Shown here in pieces: positions 1-10,481 of a stretch of 30,248 nt of DNA (position 1 is its first letter; each line of letters opens with the position of its first letter). The position numbers were made by a program, and so were the translations under genes. Origin of the DNA: Chiloscyllium plagiosum. Taxonomy: Eukaryota. The stretch spans positions 23,073,886 to 23,104,133 of the forward strand of contig NC_057749.1 in assembly GCF_004010195.1 (NCBI RefSeq), in the 5' to 3' direction. Below the pieces are notes generated by a model that was not told where the DNA came from, made no database searches, and saw only the letters and a list, made by a program, of their open reading frames with translations.

Positions 1-506
1 TCTGGTCACCACGCTACAGTGAAGATGTGTTGGACTGGGAGGGAGTGCCCAAGAGATTCCCAGGATGTCATTTGAAATGGAGCACTTTAGATATGGAGAG
101 AGACTGGATAAACTCATTGTTTTCTTTAAAGCAGAGAAGGTTGAGGGGGAAAACCTGATTGAGGGGTATAAAATTATAATGGGAACAGACAAGGTGAACA
201 GAAAGCAGCCGTTCCCTTTAATCGAAGAGTCAATAACATGGGGGCCTAAATATTGAAGCGAAAAGGAGGAGGTTTAGAGGGGATTTGAGGAAAATCTTTT
301 CCATCTAGGAGGGTTTTTGGGGTCTGGAATGCACTGCCTGGTGAGGGTCATTCAGGCAGGAGCCTCACAACCTTGAAGGGTACTTGGATGAGCACTTGAA
401 GTGTCATGACATTCAAGACGATAGGACCAGGATAGATAGTAGTACATTTTTGAAGGTACAGATTTGATGGGCAGAAAGGCCTCTTCTGTACTGTATGACT
501 CTATGA
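1..506 (+). mobile_element. CR1-clade LINE, degenerate 3' fragment
   Basis: Remnant of ORF2 C-terminus (FRYGERLDKL..NLIEGYKIIMGTDKV) followed by a CR1-type tail ending CTGTATGACTCTATGA. Confidence 0.85.
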
Positions 507-699
507 TCAGCTAGCATCTGTGAAACATAAAAAATAGATGGTAAGTTGGGTCAAGTGGAATCTCCCTGTTGTCAATGCTATATAATTGGCACACTGTCCT
601 GATCTGGACTATTTCTTCACAGTTTCAGGATTTTGATCCTGCTACAATCTCCTTAACAACATTTTGGGTGTGCCAACTTGACCACAGATTGCTGTTATG

Positions 700-1030
700 A
701 TGCACAGTATCTTCCCAAGAAATTCACCAAAGATACTTAGACAGCACCTTCCAAACCCAGGACTACTTCCATCTAGAAGGACAAGGGCAAGTGCCCCTCC
801 AAGCCACTCACCATCCTGACATAGAAACATACCACCATTCCTTCACAGTCATTGGGTCAAAATCCTGGAATCCTCTCCCTACCGGCATTATGGGTCAACC
901 CACAACAAGTGGACTGCAGCGATTCAAGGCGGCAGCTCACCACCACCTTCTCAAGGGGCAACTAGGGATGGGCTATCAATGCTGGCCAGGCAGCGACACC
1001 CAAGTCCCACAAGTGAATTTTTTTTTAATA
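700..1030 (+). mobile_element. CR1/L2-clade LINE (second family), 3' end
   Basis: ORF 791-1042 (SFTVIGSKSWNPLP..GLQRFKAAAHHHLLKG); homologous to 6700-7016 in this window; tail GGGATGGGCTATCAATGCTGGCC. Confidence 0.8.
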
Positions 1031-1082
1031 AAGAGCAATTAGGAAGGCCCAATAACAGGACCAAACAGCCGAAACAGAGGAT

Positions 1083-1380
1083 GGATGTTCCCAGTGGCTG
1101 GCTAGTCCAGAATCAAGGATCACAGTCTAAGGATAGCAGGTCAGCCATTTCGGACTGAGGTGGGGAGAAATTTCTTCACCTGGAGATCGGGGGAGAATTC
1201 TTTGTTACAGAAAGCAGTTGAGGATAAAACATTGAATGTTCTCAAGAAACGATTAGATATGGTTCTTTGAGCTAAAGAGATCAAAGGCTATGGGGGGGGG
1301 GGGGGGGAGGTGAAATTGGGACCATGGGACTGAGTTGGATGATCAGACATGATCATGTTGCATGGTCAAGTAGGCCTCAA
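1083..1380 (+). mobile_element. CR1 3' fragment (older subfamily)
   Basis: GGACTGAGGTGGGGAGAAATTTCTTCAC and GAGTTGGATGATCAGACATGATCAT are typical CR1 3' sequence. Confidence 0.7.
1292..1307. repeat. G16 homopolymer
   Basis: Directly visible. Confidence 0.95.
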
Positions 1381-1447
1381 TGAAGAACTGCCTAATTTCC
1401 ATCCAGTAAAAGACAGAAAATCCCAATCCCCAGACTCACCTCCACCA

Positions 1448-1462
1448 CCCCCCCCCCCCCCC
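1448..1462. repeat. C15 homopolymer
   Basis: Directly visible. Confidence 0.95.
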
Positions 1463-1582
1463 ACCCCACACACCCCAACTAACTGATGAGATACTTTCCC
1501 AGTGAGAAGGGGTCTGAGGAAACTGCTGGTGTGTCACCGTTTAAGCAATATGCTTGGTTCACTTCTAAAGTCAAACCTCTAT

Positions 1583-2186
1583 AAGAGTTGGGGGTGTCAT
1601 GTTACAGCTGTACAGGACATTGGTTAGGCCACTTTTGGAATACTGCATTCAATTCTGGTCTCCCTGCTGTAGTAAAAGATGTTGCTAAACTTGAAAGGGT
1701 GCAGAAAATATTTACAAGGATGTTACAAGGGTTGGAGGTTTTGAGCTAAAGGGAGAGGCTGAATAGGCTGGAGTTGTTTTTCCTGGAGCATCAGAGGCTG
1801 AGGGGTGACCTTATAGAAGTTTATAAAATCATGAGGGACATGGGTTGGGTGAATAGACAAGGTCTTTTTCCCCCAGAGTGGGGGAGTCCACAACTAGAGC
1901 AACATAGATTTAAGGTGAGAGGGGAAAGATATATTTGGGATCTGAGAGGCAACTTTTTCATGCAGAGGGTGATGAGTGTATGGAATAAGCTGTCAGAGAA
2001 AGTGGTGGAGGCTGGCACAATTACAGCGTTTAAAAGGCATCTGGACCGGTATATGAATAGGAAGGGCTTGGAGGGATATGGACCAAATGCTGGCAAATGG
2101 GTCCGGATTAATTTGGGATACCTTTGGCATGGACGAGTTGGACTGAAGGGGCTGCCTTTGTGCTGTACATCTCTGCGACTCAATGA
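1583..2186 (+). mobile_element. CR1 (HER1-like) LINE 3' fragment
   Basis: ORF 1774-2238 (RLRGDLIEVYKIMR..RGNFFMQRVMSVWNKL..FKRHLDRYM) is a CR1 ORF2 C-terminus; 3'UTR follows. Confidence 0.92.
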
Positions 2187-2398
2187 TGCCCGCATTTCTT
2201 CAGTTCCAAAGTCTTTATTCTTCTCCTTATCACTGTGAGCAACTCTGTACACTGACACTTCTTGTAGTAACCCTGGGCAAAGTTTCAATTCACAAAGACA
2301 ATGGGTTTTTTTTCAAATCCTTATTCCACACCGATCAATCCAGCACATGATAGGTTAAAAACTGTGCAAACTGGAAGATAGATTGTGAAAAGCACCAT

Positions 2399-3822
2399 TC
2401 ATAGAGTCATAGAGATGTACAGCATGGAAACAGACCCTTCGGTCCAACCCGTCCATCTCGACCAGATATCCCAACCCAATCTAGTCCCACCTGCCAGCAC
2501 CCGGCCCATATCCCTCCAAACCCTTCCTATTCATATACCCATCCAAATGCCTCTTAAATGTTGCAATTGTACCAGCGTCCATCACATCCTCTGGCAGCTC
2601 ATTCCATACACGTACCACCTTCTGCGTGAAAAAGTTGCACCTCAGGTGTCTTTTATATCTTTCCCCTCTCACCCTAAACCTATGCCCTCCAGTTCTGGAC
2701 ATCCTGACCCGAGGGAAAAGACATTGCCTATTTATCCTATCCATGCCCCTCATAATTTTGTAAACCTCTATAAGGTCACCCCTCAGCCTCCAATGCTCCA
2801 GGAAAACAGCCCCAGCCTGTTCAGTCTCTCCCTGTAGCTCAGATCCTCCAACCCTGGACACATCCTTGTAAATCTTTTCTGAACCCTTTCAAGTTTCACA
2901 ACATCTTTCCAATAGGAAGGAGACCAGAATTGCACGCAATATTCCAACAGATTTGCTTTCCCAAAATGCAGCACCTCGCATTTATTGGAATTAAACTCTA
3001 TCTGCCACTTCTCAGCCCATTGGCCCATCTGGTCATGATCCTGTTGTAATCTGAGGTAACCCTCTTCGCTGTCCACTACACCTCCAATTTTGGTGTCATC
3101 TGCAAACTTACTAACTGTACCTCTTATGCCCGCATCCAAATCATTTATGTAAATGACAAAAAGTAGACGGCCCAGCACCGATCCTTGGGGCACTCCACTG
3201 GTCACAGGCCTCCAGTCTGAAAAACAACCCTCCATCACCACCATCTGTCTTCTACCTTTGAGCCAGTTCTGTATGCAAATGGCTAGCTCTCCCTGTATTC
3301 CATGAGATCTAAGCTTGCTAGTCAGTCTCCCATGGGGAACCTTGTCGAACGCCTTACTGAAGTCCATATAGATCACATCTACTGCTCTGCCCTCATCAAT
3401 CATCTTCTTCAAAAAACTCAATCAAGTTTGTGAGGCATGATTTCCCACGCACAAAGCCATGTTGACTATCTCGAATCAGCCCTTGCCTTTCCAAATGCAT
3501 GTACATCCTGTCCCTCAGGATTCCCTCCAACAACTTGCCCACCACGGAGGTCAGGCTCATGGTCTATAGTTCCCTGGTTTGTCTTTACCACCTTTCTTAA
3601 ACAGTGGCACCATGTTTGCCAACCTCCAGTCTTCCGACATCTCATCTGTGACTATCGATGATACAAATATCTCAGCAAGAGGCCCAACAATCACTTCTAT
3701 AGCTTGGTACACCCGATCAGGTCCTGGGGATTTTTCCACTTTTAACCGTTTCAAGACATCTAGCACTTCCTCCTCTGTAAACTGGACATTTTGCAAGATG
3801 TCACCATCTATTTCCCTACAGT
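2399..3822 (-). mobile_element. CR1 (HER1-like) LINE, 5'-truncated, with disrupted reverse transcriptase ORF2
   Basis: ORFs 3557-3796 (KSPGPD..DWRLANMVPLFKKGGKDKPGNYRP), 2783-3421 (YMDFSKAFDKVPH..SGVPQGSVLG..KFADDTK) and 2481-2861; (CTCTATGA)n tail at 2399-2415; frameshifts and deletions present. Confidence 0.96.
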
Positions 3823-3829
3823 CTTCATC

Positions 3830-4010
3830 TTTGAGATGTAAGGTGGTTTGTGATGGGCTGCAAGAGAGTTGTAATAACAGTGAAAATAGTTTCAGTAGTA
3901 ATTTTCAATCTGGATTAAACACTTTAAAAAAGAGGGGGAAAGACGGAAGAGTGGGACTTTTGGATCATTCTTTCAAATGCATGCATAGAGTTCTTTACCT
4001 GTGCTGTAAG
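3830..4010 (+). mobile_element. Highly decayed CR1 3' end
   Basis: Resembles an old CR1 tail (GAGTGGGAC..GGATCATTCTTTCAAA..CCTGTGCTGTAA). Confidence 0.4.
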
Positions 4011-4276
4011 ACGGTACAAACTCGAGGTGCTGAATACTGGAAGAGAAAAGTTAAACTACAAACCTAGATCAATTTAATTGCAAAACGGATCAAACAGTAA
4101 CTTTTCAACAAAAAAAAACTCAGGCATATATAAATAGATCCCACAGCTGTTCATGTTATAAACTAGCTGTGAACACACACTCATTCTTAAATTCAGTTCA
4201 CTCACAGCTGTTTCACTGCACCAGTCACAATCTAAAGAGCCTTCGTGTCATATGTATGTTAGAGATTAAATCATAC

Positions 4277-4422
4277 TGCTGCCACCAATCTGAACTCAGA
4301 GCTTGCAACAATCCTGATGAAGCATTGGTCGCTTTTTCTGGTCATAGATGCTGTTTCCTGCCTTTTGTTTATAAAATTGCAGATTGCTGGATACTTTTAT
4401 TTATTACTGATGGCATATTATA
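4277..4422 (-). other. Candidate exon (146 nt), possibly containing a start codon
   Basis: Minus-strand acceptor ctctttcccacag|T and donor GCA|gtatga; ATG at 4345 opens MTRKSDQCFIRIVASSEFRLVAA up to the donor in phase 0; peptide not recognised; segment is TE-free. Confidence 0.3.
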
Positions 4423-4574
4423 CTGTGGGAAAGAGCTAGACTTGTGTCCAAGTTAAAAGCTGCTGGACACAATACTGGCGATTGAAAATGTCACACAATT
4501 ATCCAACCCACGTTCCTTCGTAATGTTCACCCATGGAAGAGTAGATGAGGGGATACTCATCTATCACTCCCAAT

Positions 4575-4975
4575 AACATAACCACTACCCTCAGCACATC
4601 CTGTGCAACCTGTGGAAATGTGACAATTATCTGTCTTCCTACCCAACAATCTCCATACAGATGAAGCAGCAACTTTCCTGCTTCTTTCAGTTAAATGTGC
4701 TGCATTGGCTGCTCCCAATGTGGTGCTCTCCACACTGGGATGGTCAAAAAGCAGCTTGAGTGATCATTTTGCCCAACGTAGTGGCTGAATCTTGTAGGTG
4801 TTCCCCTGAGCAACCAGTCCCTTGTCACTTGAATTGTCCATCTCATGTGGCCTCCCAGTCACAGCTTTTTAAATTATTCCACTAAAGCTCAATAGAAACT
4901 CAAAGAACAGCACTTCATCTTTCGATTGGGAACTGGAAGTTGTCTGTGGCAGGTTGTAGAGTCCAGCAATTTCAG
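4575..4975 (+). mobile_element. Penelope-like element, decayed GIY-YIG endonuclease region
   Basis: Translates in pieces as CIGCSQCGALHTG..SDHFAQ..AQ*KLKEQHFIFRLGT, matching the Penelope GIY-YIG pattern CIxCxxCGxLYIG..EQHLIFRLGT. Confidence 0.8.
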
Positions 4976-5078
4976 AAGAAAGCCATTTGTTTTTCAGAAT
5001 TTTTTTTAATCCATGGGATGGGAGTGTCACTGACTAGACTAGCATTTATTACCCATCCCAAAGATTAATTAAGGGTCA

Positions 5079-5188
5079 GAGTCGAAGAGTGTGGCGCTGA
5101 AAAAGCATCATTGGTCAGGCAGCATCCGAGGAGCGAGAGAATCGATGTTTCGAGCATAAGCCCTTCATCAGCAGTGCTCACTTTCTCC
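5079..5188 (-). mobile_element. Penelope-derived terminal fragment with hammerhead-like core
   Basis: Homologous to 18447-18575; minus strand reads CTGATGA-A-GGGC-TTAT-GCTC-GAAA; short inverted end piece at 5172-5187. Confidence 0.75.
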
Positions 5189-5400
5189 CAGGTAATTAAG
5201 AGTCAACCACATTGCAGTGGGTCTGGAGTCACATGTAGGTCATACCAGGTAAGGATGGCAGTTTCCTTGCCTAATAGGACATCAGTGAACTAGATGGCTT
5301 TTTTTTTCTGACAATGGATTCATTCGGATTCCAGATTTTTATTGAAATCATGTTTCACCATCTGCCATGGTGAGATTCAAAGCCAGGTCCCCAGAACATT

Positions 5401-5496
5401 CTGGGGAAGGGTCACTAGACCCGAAACACTAACTTTGATTTCTCTCCACAGATGCTGCCAGACCTGCTGAGCTTTTCCAGCAATTTCTGCTTTTGT
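5401..5496 (+). mobile_element. Penelope-derived terminal fragment
   Basis: GGGTC-ACTA-GACCC-GAAA followed by TTTCTCTCCACAGATGCTGCCAGACCTGCTGAGC; same family as 26193-26260. Confidence 0.75.
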
Positions 5497-5790
5497 CCCG
5501 AGAACATTCCCGGGTCTTTGGATTAATAGGTCAGCAATAAGACTACTGGGCCATTCCCTCCCTTTGTTACAATTGGTTTGATTTTGCTATTGCCCTTTAC
5601 AACTCCTGAAGACACATCTTTTGTTTCTTTATTAAGACGGTAGCACACAAACACGGAAACTACTCAACCTGTCAAGTCTGCTCAAACTCTTTCAAAGAAC
5701 AATCCAATCAATCCCCACAATTTACTTATGCAAGTGCTCTCCTTCAATAGCAGGGGTAGTACCTCTAGGTTCAAGTCCCCATTGCATGAG

Positions 5791-6080
5791 TTCCGAAGAA
5801 GAAATGTTGAATGAATGAATGAATGAATGAATGAATGAATGCAGATTGATTCATTGAATGAATGAATGATTTTTGATTCAATGACTGAATAAAAGCAGTT
5901 TGATTCATTAAATGTATGAATTAAGTTTGTTTCATTGAATCAAAGAATAATGTTTGATTCATTGAATGACTGATTGAAGATTGATTCAAAACTTTAATTC
6001 TGTTTCATTCTCCACATATGCTGAGTTCCTCCAGCATTCTGTATTTGTTTCAGATTTCCAGCATCCACAGTACTTTCCCT
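5791..6080 (+). mobile_element. Penelope-derived terminal fragment interrupted by a satellite expansion
   Basis: TTCCGAAGAAGAA on the left and GATTCAAAACTTTAATTCTGTTTCATTCTCCACATATGCTG..TTCAGATTTCCAGCATCCACAG on the right; similar to 8342-8420. Confidence 0.6.
5808..5990. repeat. (TGAA)8 microsatellite plus degenerate ~27-nt TTGATTCATTGAAT units
   Basis: Directly visible. Confidence 0.9.
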
Positions 6081-6359
6081 TTATTTGTCTCTGAACAGGT
6101 TGATTAAAATGACTTCAATTACCTTTGAAGGCTGCTCCTGAATCTGTGTCCACTCCCCGAACAGACAATGCATTCCAAATCCTAACCACTCTTGGCATGA
6201 ATATGTTTTTTTCTCACGTAGCTTTTTGCTTGCTTACCAATCACCTTAAATCAGCACCCCCTGATTATTCTGGTTTCTCTACCCAGAAATGTTATCTCAC
6301 ACAGCAGAGAACGTCCCACCATCAAAATCACTGTTACTTTCTTTTCTTGTTTTTAAGAT

Positions 6360-7016
6360 CAATATTCCGGAGGTTACCATTGACCAGAAACACAACTGGA
6401 CTGATCACACCAACACAGAGGCTACAAGAGCAGTTCAGAGGCTAGCAATCCTGCAGCAAGCTATTCAGTTCCTGACTCCCCAGCGCCCATCCACCATCTC
6501 CAAGGCACGAGTCAGGAGGGTGATGGAATACTCCCCACTTGCCTGGATGGGTGCAGCCCCAACAACACTCAAGAAGCTTGACACCACCTAGGACAAAGCA
6601 GCCCGCTTGATTGGCACTATGTTCACAAGTATCCACTCCCTCCGCCACCGACGCTTAGTACACACTGCTGCCACCATCTCCAAGATGTGTTGCAGAAATT
6701 CACCAAGACCTTCAGGCAGCACCTTCCAAACCTACAATCACTTCCATCCAGAAGAACAAGGGCAGCAGATACAGCAGGGAATACCATCATCTTCAAAGTT
6801 CCCCTCCAAGCCACTTAGCATATTGACTAGGAAATACATCGCCGTTCCTTCACTATTGTTGGGTCAAAATCCTGGGATTCCTTCCTTAAGGGCATTGTGA
6901 GTCAACCCACAGCAGTGGTTCAAAGGGCAGCTCACCCCCACGTTCTCAAGGGGCAACTAGGGACGGGCAATAAATGCTCGGCCCAGCCAGTGACACCCAC
7001 ATCCCACCAATGAATT
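6360..7016 (+). mobile_element. CR1/L2-clade LINE (second family), RT C-terminus and 3' tail
   Basis: ORF 6289-6591 (VTIDQKHNWTDH..VRRVMEYSPLAWMGAAPTTLKKLDT); tail GGGACGGGCAATAAATGCT..CCCACATCCCA. Confidence 0.88.
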
Positions 7017-7019
7017 AAA

Positions 7020-7490
7020 TAGAAACTGGTAAGCACCGGTAAATCACCAGTGTAGTAAACTGAATATTTACATCAATGCCATTAAACAATCCAACAAAGA
7101 TGAGGGCAAGGGCAGGGAGAACAGGAAGGGACAAAATCAAGACGCTGTAGGACGGGGAAATAAAGCAATGTATCCCCCGACTCCGTGGTCCACAAATCTC
7201 TGTAAAAGCATCGACAGCATTGATGCACACCACAAGCTCCCTCTCCAAATGACAGCCAGGCACAAACTTAAACCATGGAACAGGGACAGACAGTTGGCAG
7301 AGATGACCCCCTGCACAGCCCACTGCCTGAACCTGTCTGTAGCCAGCCTGACCAGGCCCAGGAGCAAACCCATGAGGAGGTCTTCCAATCTGCCCACACC
7401 CGATACCCACGATCAGGAGCATGGGGCTGAAGTGCTACCAAAAATACAAAGGATTTTTCAAATAACTAGAAAGGGGGTGCACCCGCGATC
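7020..7490 (-). mobile_element. Tx1/L1-clade LINE 3' fragment
   Basis: Minus-strand HFSPMLLI..EDLLMGLLLGLVRLATDRFRQWAVQGV..CLSLFHG resembles a Tx1 ORF2 C-terminus. Confidence 0.75.
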
Positions 7491-7500
7491 ATTGACTCAC

Positions 7501-7633
7501 CAGCCACTATCATTACCCGATTGCTGCATCTGAGCCTATATGGAGGTTACCCAAATTGGAACAGCGACTGTACGTCATTGACCTTGAAGGATAGCAGAAC
7601 ACCCGGAGATCATGAAAAACCGGAGTTCCGTTT
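7501..7633 (-). other. Candidate non-coding exon (133 nt)
   Basis: Acceptor ctctctctcttttattttaag|A and strong donor CTG|gtgagt; stops in all three frames; locally CpG-retaining. Confidence 0.4.
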
Positions 7634-7896
7634 CTTAAAATAAAAGAGAGAGAGTGTGGAAAATCACTGTACATCTGGATTATCTGCTCAGTGCAAACTT
7701 GGGCAAGCTGGAACAACATTTATCAATAACATCAGAACACTGCAGATGTGTCAGCTGAGGCTGTGAATGCGACCCTGAGCTTCCAGACCTCCTGTCACTT
7801 CAATTCCCCATCTCACTATGACCTCCTGGTCCCCAGCATCTGCAGAGGCTGAAAATCCAAATTAAGAACTGATGGTAAAAGAAGTCTCAGCAGAAA

Positions 7897-8335
7897 TTGA
7901 TTTGATTTATTATTGCCACATGTAACGAGATACAGTGAAAAGTTTTGTTCTATGTGCTATCAAAACAAATGATACCTTACATAAGAGTAATAGAACAGAA
8001 TACAATTACAGCTACAGAGAAGGTGCAGAGAAATGTCACTTCTAATATATGAGAGGACCATAAGTCTGGTAACAGCAGGGAAGAAGCTGTTCTTGAATCT
8101 GTTGGTACATATTTTCAAACTTTTGTAAATTCTGCCCAATGGACAATGTCATAACTGGTTGGAAGGGGTCTTTGATTATGTTAGCTGCTTTCTCAAGGCA
8201 GCGGGAAGTGTTGACAGAGTCAATGGATAGAAGGTTGGTTTGTGAGATGGACTGGGCTAATTTCTTGTGGTCTTGTGCAGAGCAGTTGCCCGACCAAGCT
8301 GTGAGATATTCAGATGGGATGATTTCTGACTGCAC
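7897..8335 (-). mobile_element. Rex1/Babar LINE 3' fragment
   Basis: ORF 8042-8500 contains TAWSGNCSAQDHKKL..SIDSVNTSRCLEKAANIIKDP; tail ends AATAATAAATCAAATCAA on the minus strand. Confidence 0.85.
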
Positions 8336-8341
8336 CGTTGG

Positions 8342-8420
8342 AATGGAAGAATCACATTGGACCCGAAACTTAAACACTGTTTTTTCTCTCCACAAACGCT
8401 GCCAGACCCGAATTTCCCTA
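8342..8420 (+). mobile_element. Penelope-derived terminal fragment
   Basis: GGAAGAATCACATTGGACCCGAAACTTAAAC..TCTCTCCACAAACGCTGCCAGACC. Confidence 0.65.
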
Positions 8421-9448
8421 TACTCTCGGCTTTTCTTAACAATATTCATGAATTTGATTTCATAAATGATTGAAAACGAAATGGAGGCTGAAATATACAA
8501 CTATTTGAGGTAAAATTACAAAGCAAAATAGAAAATTGTTCTTTTATACTTGAGGGAGCGAGGGGTCAACCTCTCACAGAAAGAATTGAATCAAAGGGCA
8601 ATTATTATAGCAGGTGTGTTCTATTCTGTTTATTACACACCTTCAAAAAGAATAATGACTTTTACAAAGATGCAATTATTTTTCCAGCCGAAAAGTCAAA
8701 ACGTGTTCTCCCACAGGCTGTGACGAGGTTTTACTCAAACTTTCACTTGCAAAAAGAGAAAAAGCTCATTCAGAGTGAGACAGAAGGGAGGGAGAGGATG
8801 ATCAGAGGGTCTTTGCCACAAAAGTAAAATAAATGATTGGTTATGGAGCATCTAAAGCATATTAAAAGACCATTGTGCTCAGCTAATCTGCTAGCATTTC
8901 GATTCCACATGAGCCTCCTCCTATTCTAATTCTATCTTGCTGTCTGTCTCCCTTGTCTCTATTTTTCTCCCTATTTGTACACCCAGCCTCTCCTTATATC
9001 ATTTCAACCATTGCTTGTAGCAGCCAGTAACATATTCTCACCGTTCCTTGCAAGCTCTTTCTACTGTCTTTACTTGAGCCAAAAGTGTCCATCTGATATT
9101 TATTTGTCTAGACCTACTAGAAAGAGAACACAATTTCTCCATACCCACATAATCAAACTCCTTTATCATATTCAAAATGGCAGAGTTGTGCCTCGGAGTC
9201 CAAAGCTCCAGGTTTGAGACTCTCTCCAGGACTGGTAGCCTTGGAAGGTGAACATGGTCAGACATGACACAGCTAATGGTACAAGAAGCAGAGTCTGTGA
9301 TCAACCAGAGCCTCATGGTGACTCCAGCAGAATGGCTTACACACACACACACATCTACTTGCATGGCAAGTGTCCTCCTGGATTCAGGGACATCAGGTCT
9401 TCCTCCAGTTTTCTCTTTTACAATAAAACAAGCCTTTAATCATTTCCG

Positions 9449-9777
9449 ATAGAACCCCTACAGTGTGGAAACGGACCACTTGGCCCAATAAGTCCACACC
9501 GACCCTCTGAAGATTAATCCATCCTGACCCAATACCCTATTCCATTACTCTACATTTACCCCTGACTAATGCACCTAACCCACACATCCCTGAATACTAT
9601 GGCATAATTTAGCACAGCCAACTCACCTAACCTGTACACCATTGGACTGTGGGAGGACCCCCACACAGACACAGGGAGAACATGCAAACTCCACACAGAC
9701 TGACAGTCACCCAAGGCTGGAATCAAACCCGGGTCCCTGGTGCTGTGAGGCAGCAGTGCTAACCACTGAGCCACCAC
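9449..9777 (-). mobile_element. HE1 SINE (V-SINE type)
   Basis: Minus-strand head GGTGGCTCAGTGGTTAGCACTGCTGCCTCACAG with a B-box-like motif, body GTGTGGAGTTTGCA and CR1-derived tail; several copies in the window. Confidence 0.93.
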
Positions 9778-10119
9778 TATAGATTCATCCTCTCAATTCC
9801 CCTAATATTATTCTACCAGAATTAATAAATATGCATGTGTAGTGTGAAGATCTAAATTAGATGTATTTCTGCAACAGCAGAGGTTCAGAGATTATTTACT
9901 TCCTATGTTGAGGCAAGAAATGGTTGTTTCACTGTCCCAGGGCTGAAACTTTAAAGATTCATGCTTTCCCAAGTGATGAATACTCATTTTCATTGCTTCC
10001 ACAGCCTATTCCCCAGCAGGATCTTGGAGTTCTGTAAATCACAGCGCATCAAGCATTTATGAGTACTTATTGTACTTTACTATTAGTAATATTAAAGTAT
10101 TATAGTACTTAACATTAGT

Positions 10120-10478
10120 AGAGGGTCTGTTTCTGATTCCAGATCCCTAGCAATCTTTGTTAAAGAAATTCCTCTCAAGCTCATTTGCTACCAAGTAGAT
10201 ATATTCTATCCTCCATGATAGAATTATGGACTACTCAATGTGGACACATCAATTAAAATTTCCCCTCAAACTCTTCTGTTCCATGGACAACAATTCTAGC
10301 CTGTCCGATCTTTCCTAATATCTAAAATTCTCCAATCCAGGCGATATCCTCATGAATCTCCTCTGTGCCTATTCCAGTTCAATCAGATTTTTCTTGTAGT
10401 GTTGTGACCAGAACTGTACACAGCACTTCCACTGTGGCTTAACCAGTATTGTATCCAGTGAGAACATCACTTCCCTAT
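10120..10478 (-). mobile_element. Old CR1 fragment
   Basis: TCCAGGCGATATCCTCATGAATCTCCTCTG..GACCAGAACTGTACACAGCACTTCCACTGTGG (reverse of the CVQFWS region). Confidence 0.75.
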
Positions 10479-10481
10479 TAG

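Larger units (their letters stand above)
4997..5561 (-). mobile_element. tRNA-derived SINE (MetaSINE-like, name tentative) with two internal insertions
   Basis: Central GGGTCTGGAGTCACATGTAGG..CCAGGTAAGGATGGCAG..GGACATCAGTGAAC is shared with 19690-19955; its 3' tail (5005-5060) is the reverse complement of the LINE tail at 960-1020 and 6955-7016. Confidence 0.8.
5640..6335 (-). mobile_element. Old CR1 3' fragment, split by insertions (pieces at about 5640-5720 and 6110-6335)
   Basis: CTCTTTCAAAGAACAATCCAATCAATCCC and GCATTCCAAATCCTAACCACTC..CACCTTAAATC match reverse CR1 3' sequence. Confidence 0.55.

Noticed and set aside
1483..1525. CTGATGA...CTGA-GGAAA as a hammerhead or C/D snoRNA
   Set aside because: No clean stem II closing onto GAAA, no Penelope context, and C-to-D spacing is too short for a snoRNA.
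1821..2837. ORFs 1821-2288 (-) and 2385-2837 (+)
   Set aside because: Antisense shadows of CR1 ORF2.
9700..9777. tRNA-like A/B boxes here and in other copies
   Set aside because: These are SINE heads attached to SINE bodies, not tRNA genes.
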